This document shows positions 39,083 to 42,946 of a stretch of DNA of 42,946 bases, piece by piece. Source of the DNA: an uncultured Myxococcales bacterium (GTDB lineage: Bacteria > Desulfobacterota > Binatia > UBA1149 > SPBQ01); the NCBI GenBank assembly GCA_964597375.1, contig CAZQYE010000001.1, positions 1 to 42,946 on the forward strand. Direction: 5' to 3'. Positions within the stretch are counted from its first letter, which is position 1. Each line of letters opens with the position of its first letter. Both the position numbers and the translations under genes were made by a program. The notes under the pieces are model-generated. The model searched no databases. It saw only the letters and a program-made list of their open reading frames with translations, and had not been told where the DNA came from.

Positions 39083-40315
39083 ATGGTAACGTTTTCTTAC
39101 CGGGCAGCGACGGCCGAGGGCCGTGTCGTCGAGGGAGTGCTCGAGGCGGAAGCCGAGTCCGCCGTCGTCGCGAACCTGCGCCAGCAAGGCTACATTCCGC
39201 TCGAGGTCGTCGCCGGACGCGGGGCGGCTCGCACGAGTAGGCGGTTTTCCTTCACGCTCCCGCGGTTGTCATGGAGGGACCGGGTCCGCGGCCGCGATTT
39301 GATGCTCTTCACGCGGGAGCTTGCGACGCTGCTGCACGCTGGCATGCCGCTCGACCGCAGTCTCCAGAGCCTCGCTGCGCTCGGCGAGAACGAGCGGCTT
39401 CGGGCGGTCGTAAGCGACGTTCTCGCCCGCGTGCAAGAGGGCAAGTCCCTGTCGGATGCCCTCGCCGATCACAGTGAGGTGTTCCCTCCGCTGTACGTGA
39501 ACATGGTGCGGGCCGGCGAGGCCGGGGGCGTGGTCGAGTCGGTTCTCGAGCGGCTGGCCGAATACCTCGAGGCGAGCGAAAAGGCACGGGACGAGATTCG
39601 CTCGGCGATGACGTATCCGCTGATCCTTGCGCTCGTCGGTGGGGTGTCGATCGTCGTCCTGCTGACCTACGTGCTGCCGAAATTCACCGTCGTTTTCGCC
39701 GACTTGGGAGCAGCGATGCCGGCTTCGACGAGGCTCGTCATGGCCGCCAGCGACGCGCTTCAGAAGTACTGGTGGATCGCCGCCGTGGTGATCGCCGCCG
39801 CGGTTTTTGCCTTTCGCCGCTATGCAGCTACTGCGGAGGGGCGAATGCGGGTCGATCGCTGGAAGCTGTCGGCCCCGCTCATCGGCGATCTAGTGCGGAA
39901 GGTTCAGGTTTCGAGGTTTGCGCGCACGCTTGGGACCATGCTCAAGAGTGGAGTGCCGCTCATTCGTTCGCTCGAAATCGTTCGTGCGATCGTGGGCAAC
40001 GTCATCATTTCGTCGGCGCTCGAGGTCGTGCAAAAAGAAGTCAGTGAGGGAAAAGGGCTGGCGCAGCCGCTCGAGCGGACGGGGGTGTTCCCGGCGCTGT
40101 CCCTCCAGATGGTTGCCGTCGGAGAAGAGACCGGGCGCCTCGACGACATGTTGCTCGTGGTGGCCGGCCACTATGATCGCGAGGTCGGCAATGCGGTTGC
40201 CAGGCTGATGAGCATGATCGAGCCGGCGATGCTCCTGATCATGGGGTTGGTCACGGGGTTTATCGTCATTGCGATGCTGTCGGCGGTCTTCAGCGTGAAT
40301 CAGATGTCGTTTTGA
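39083..40315 (+). CDS. gspF: Type II secretion system inner-membrane platform protein GspF
   Basis: 410 aa. MVTFSYRAATAEGRVVEGVLEAEAESAVVANLRQQGYIPLEV, followed by two T2SSF repeats (...FTRELATLLHAGMPLDRSL... and ...FARTLGTMLKSGVPLIRSL...) and three TM segments. Confidence 0.92.
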   Translation: MVTFSYRAATAEGRVVEGVLEAEAESAVVANLRQQGYIPLEVVAGRGAARTSRRFSFTLPRLSWRDRVRGRDLMLFTRELATLLHAGMPLDRSLQSLAALGENERLRAVVSDVLARVQEGKSLSDALADHSEVFPPLYVNMVRAGEAGGVVESVLERLAEYLEASEKARDEIRSAMTYPLILALVGGVSIVVLLTYVLPKFTVVFADLGAAMPASTRLVMAASDALQKYWWIAAVVIAAAVFAFRRYAATAEGRMRVDRWKLSAPLIGDLVRKVQVSRFARTLGTMLKSGVPLIRSLEIVRAIVGNVIISSALEVVQKEVSEGKGLAQPLERTGVFPALSLQMVAVGEETGRLDDMLLVVAGHYDREVGNAVARLMSMIEPAMLLIMGLVTGFIVIAMLSAVFSVNQMSF

Positions 40316-40341
40316 CGGCGGGCAGGAGGTCGAAATTGGCG

Positions 40342-40770
40342 ATGCAAAACAGGCATTCGAGAAACCGGCGTGCGGGCTTCACCCTGGTGGAGCTGCTGGT
40401 GGTCATGGTCATCCTTGGACTGCTGGCCTCGATCGTGTTGCCGAACTTCTTCGGACAGGCGCGTAAGGCCCGGGTCAAGACCGCGCGCGTTCAGATTTCG
40501 ACGCTCGAAACGGCGCTCGATGCCTTCGCGCTCGATACCGGTCGCTATCCGACGACGGAGGAAGGCCTGCAAGCGCTCGTCGAGCGCCCTCCGAACGCCA
40601 AGAGCTGGGATGGGCCGTATCTGAAGAAGAGCGTGCCTCTCGATCCCTGGGGGAACCCGTACCACTATGAAGGGCCGACCGAAGGCTCCAGCTACGTGCT
40701 CAAGTCCTATGGAGCCGACGGTGCTCCCGGAGGCACCGACGATGCTGCCGACATTCCGGAGGACCGATAG
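40342..40770 (+). CDS. gspG: Type II secretion major pseudopilin GspG
   Basis: Lies inside ORF 40312-40770. ATG 40342 has AGGAGG upstream. Prepilin leader MQNRHSRNRRAG|FTLVELLVV with Glu+5. T2SSG core: YPTTEEGLQALVERPP...WDGPYLKK..PLDPWGNPYHYEGP...YVLKSYGADG. Confidence 0.93.
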   Translation: MQNRHSRNRRAGFTLVELLVVMVILGLLASIVLPNFFGQARKARVKTARVQISTLETALDAFALDTGRYPTTEEGLQALVERPPNAKSWDGPYLKKSVPLDPWGNPYHYEGPTEGSSYVLKSYGADGAPGGTDDAADIPEDR

Positions 40771-41332
40771 TCCTCGAGCGCGCTCGTGCCTTCGGCGCTC
40801 GAGCGGCTTCACGCTGCTCGAGCTGATCGTCGTGATGTTGATCATTGCCGTCAGCGCGGCGCTCGTCGCGCCGTCGGTGACTTCGGGGCGCAGGCAGCGG
40901 GAGGTTCGGCACACGCTGCAGGCGGTTCAGGCGCTAGTGCGTCGCGGTGCAGCGACCGCCGTGTTCCGCCGCAAGCGCGTGGAGCTGCGCGTCGATCCCG
41001 ATCGGGGAGCACTCGCTTTAGCGGCTCCGGCGCCTGCCGGCGGCGATGCCTCGGGCGAGAGTCCGCCGGCGGAGGCCGCCGACGGCGAGGAGGCGGACGG
41101 GTTCGAAATCGTTCGGGAGTTGGTCCTTCCACCGGCGGCATCGGTCGATGACCTGCACGGCGGGCGTCTCGAAAACGATACGCTGGTGCTCGAGTTCTTC
41201 CCCACTGGGGGATCGAGCGGTGGAGGGTTCGAGCTGCGTTTCGCCGACGGTCCGGGCGGGCGCGTGCGACAGAGGTTTGCAGTGGCGATCGATCCGCTGA
41301 CGAGCGAGTTCGCTCTCGAGGAGGGTAAGTGA
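40742..41332 (+). CDS. gspH: Type II secretion minor pseudopilin GspH
   Basis: Lies inside ORF 40667-41332. There is no in-frame start after the gspG stop, so ATG 40742 is used (29-nt overlap with gspG). Leader ...RRSSG|FTLLELIVVMLIIAV with Glu+5. Size and position fit GspH. Confidence 0.7.
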   Translation: MLPTFRRTDSPRARSCLRRSSGFTLLELIVVMLIIAVSAALVAPSVTSGRRQREVRHTLQAVQALVRRGAATAVFRRKRVELRVDPDRGALALAAPAPAGGDASGESPPAEAADGEEADGFEIVRELVLPPAASVDDLHGGRLENDTLVLEFFPTGGSSGGGFELRFADGPGGRVRQRFAVAIDPLTSEFALEEGK

Positions 41333-41736
41333 GAAAGAGCGCCGGCTTCACCTTGCTCGAGGTGTTGATCGCGGTTTCGGTTGCTGCGATCGGAATCGTC
41401 GGCGTACTCGAACTGTTCTCGGGTAGCTCGCATTTGGCCCGTGCATCCGTGCGCCAAACCGACGCACTGGTATTGGCTCGGGCGGTGATGGACGAGACCC
41501 TCTGGCGTTCGGATCTCGAGGACGGCGCGGAGAGCGGAAGCGAAGGGCCGTTTCGCTGGCATGTCGAGGTCGAGCCGTACGAACCGCGGCTCGGAGCTCC
41601 CGAAGGCGAGGAAACCCGGGAAAACGTCTCGAACGACTACGAACTCAAGCGCGTGCGGGTGCGGGTCGAGTGGGGACCGCCGAGCTCCCCGCAATCGGTC
41701 GAGCTTGCGTCGCTGCGCGTGATGGAGCTGTTCTGA
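41329..41736 (+). CDS. gspI: Type II secretion minor pseudopilin GspI
   Basis: GTG 41329 makes a GTGA overlap. MRKSAG|FTLLEVLIAVSVAAIG with Glu+5. At 135 aa, with the C-terminal pattern ...LKRVRVRVEW....VELASLRV, it is typical of GspI. Confidence 0.8.
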   Translation: MRKSAGFTLLEVLIAVSVAAIGIVGVLELFSGSSHLARASVRQTDALVLARAVMDETLWRSDLEDGAESGSEGPFRWHVEVEPYEPRLGAPEGEETRENVSNDYELKRVRVRVEWGPPSSPQSVELASLRVMELF

Positions 41737-41738
41737 CG

Positions 41739-42401
41739 ATGAGCGGTCGGCAACGCGGATTTACCATGGTCGAGCTGGTGATTGCGATCACGCTGCTGTC
41801 GATGCTCACGCTGGCACTGTACGGGGTCGTGTCGATCGGTGCACGCGCGGCGTCGGCCGCCGAACGCCGTACCGAACAGGCCCGGCGCTTGCGGATCGCG
41901 ACCGGCATCATCGTCAGGCAGCTGCACGCCGCGGCGCCCCTCAAGGTGCCCGATGAAGACGGCGTGCTCGAGCCGTTCTTCGAAGGGGAACCGCATCGGC
42001 TGGCTTTCGTCACGGCCCAGCCACAGGCGCCGGACGCTAGTGGGCTGGCGATCGTCGAGTACCGCTTTGAAGACGAACGCCTGATCATGTCCGAGCGCCC
42101 GTTCTACCTGGCCCTGACGGAGGACTTCGACCTCGAGGATCGCGACGCGCCCGGGGTGGTCGAAACGACCCTGCTGTTCGACGTTGGAGATGCGACGTTC
42201 GCCTACCGGCGATCGGACTTCGACGACGAAGAGTGGCAGCGGACCTGGAGTGCCTCGGACGACGAGTCCTTGCCCGCCGTCGTGTCGATCACGGTAGAGC
42301 CGGCCGTCGAGGGTGGGCCGGCTTGGGACCAGCGAATTCCGTTGTTCGTCGGTGTGTACAACGAAGTGACCGGAGGCGAGGACTTCCGGAGGTTCGGCTG
42401 A
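41739..42401 (+). CDS. gspJ: Type II secretion minor pseudopilin GspJ
   Basis: Lies inside ORF 41670-42401. ATG 41739 is 2 nt after the gspI stop. MSGRQRG|FTMVELVIAITLL with Glu+5. At 220 aa, with C-terminal ...W...W......LPAVVSITVE, it is GspJ-like. Confidence 0.8.
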   Translation: MSGRQRGFTMVELVIAITLLSMLTLALYGVVSIGARAASAAERRTEQARRLRIATGIIVRQLHAAAPLKVPDEDGVLEPFFEGEPHRLAFVTAQPQAPDASGLAIVEYRFEDERLIMSERPFYLALTEDFDLEDRDAPGVVETTLLFDVGDATFAYRRSDFDDEEWQRTWSASDDESLPAVVSITVEPAVEGGPAWDQRIPLFVGVYNEVTGGEDFRRFG

Positions 42402-42405
42402 CGTC

Positions 42406-42946
42406 GTGCGAAGCGTTTCTCATCTGCGCCGGAACGGCGAGTCTGGTGTCGCCCTCGTGCTCGTTCTGTGGACGTTCGCCGTGTTGACCGTGCTTGCGGG
42501 GGAGTTCGCCCGCGCCATGCGGCTCGACGCGGAGGCGACGCGCACGTTCAAGCAGTCGACGATTGCTCAGTACGCGGCGATGGGGGCGCTGAACGAAGCG
42601 CTCTTGGCGATCAGCTCGTACAACGGTGAGCTTGACGAAGACCTCGGTGCGGAGGACGAGGAGGACGCTGAGGCGAGCGAGGCGACTGGCGAAGAGGAAG
42701 AAGGCCTCGAGCCAGTGCTGACGCTGCTCGAGGGGCGCGGGGATCCCGTTACGGTTCCGGTGGTTCCGGCCGAAGGAGAGCCCCCCATCGAGGTCGAAGT
42801 GCGCGCGTTTTCCGAGGACGGTAAGGTGCCACTCAACGCGCTGCGTGTCGACGAGGCGGTGTTGCGGCTGATCCTGACGAATCTCGGATATGATGACGAG
42901 ACGGCGGCGACGGTTTCCGATTCGATCCTCGACTGGCGCGACGAAG
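42406..42946 (+). CDS. gspK: Type II secretion minor pseudopilin GspK, N-terminal part (runs off window)
   Basis: Absent from the ORF track because there is no stop within the window. GTG 42406 has GGAGG 13 nt upstream, and the frame stays open to 42946. The hydrophobic N-terminus GVALVLVLWTFAVLTVLAG lacks Glu+5. Later motifs are ...DGKVPLNAL... and ...SDSILDWRDE, which are GspK-type. Follows gspJ. Confidence 0.75.
   Translation, partial: MRSVSHLRRNGESGVALVLVLWTFAVLTVLAGEFARAMRLDAEATRTFKQSTIAQYAAMGALNEALLAISSYNGELDEDLGAEDEEDAEASEATGEEEEGLEPVLTLLEGRGDPVTVPVVPAEGEPPIEVEVRAFSEDGKVPLNALRVDEAVLRLILTNLGYDDETAATVSDSILDWRDE

Noticed and set aside
42567-42836. Ser-rich 89-aa minus-strand ORF
   Set aside because: It is the reverse complement of the GAG/GAC/GAA-rich acidic stretch of gspK. 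It is a low-complexity mirror artefact.

Overview
GC-rich, coding-dense window in which every gene I can support lies on the + strand. It looks like a diderm (Gram-negative-type) bacterium. From 1 to 11.5 kb it holds the tail of the S10 operon and complete spc and alpha ribosomal operons: rplV', rpsC, rplP, rpmC, rpsQ, rplN, rplX, rplE, rpsN(Z), rpsH, rplF, rplR, rpsE, rpmD, rplO, secY, adk, map, rpmJ, rpsM, rpsK, rpsD, rpoA, rplQ. From 11.5 to 23.2 kb it holds argS, a SPOR-domain membrane protein, trpE-D-C-F-B-A (no trpG), folC and lptD. Most junctions are 4-nt start/stop overlaps. The accessory part runs from 23.3 to 42.9 kb. It holds a stand-alone PMI-type cupin, an Rmd-like SDR reductase, a COG0523 (CobW-like) GTPase, and a type II secretion (T2SS) locus. 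That locus is split: gspE is separated from gspF-G-H-I-J-K by about 11.8 kb of nine co-directional genes. These are three GT2, two GT-B/GT4, a Wzm-like ABC-2 permease, a Wzt-like ATPase, a cytoplasmic alkaline-phosphatase-superfamily enzyme, and a 1058-aa polytopic-membrane/beta-sandwich/TPR protein. This glycan-in-T2SS arrangement and the giant membrane/TPR protein are the most interesting items. I recognised no rRNA, tRNA, CRISPR array, IS element, integrase or convincing terminator or promoter. The many long minus-strand and alternative-frame ORFs in the track look like high-GC artefacts. All calls rest on reading translated motifs and gene order; no database search was possible.
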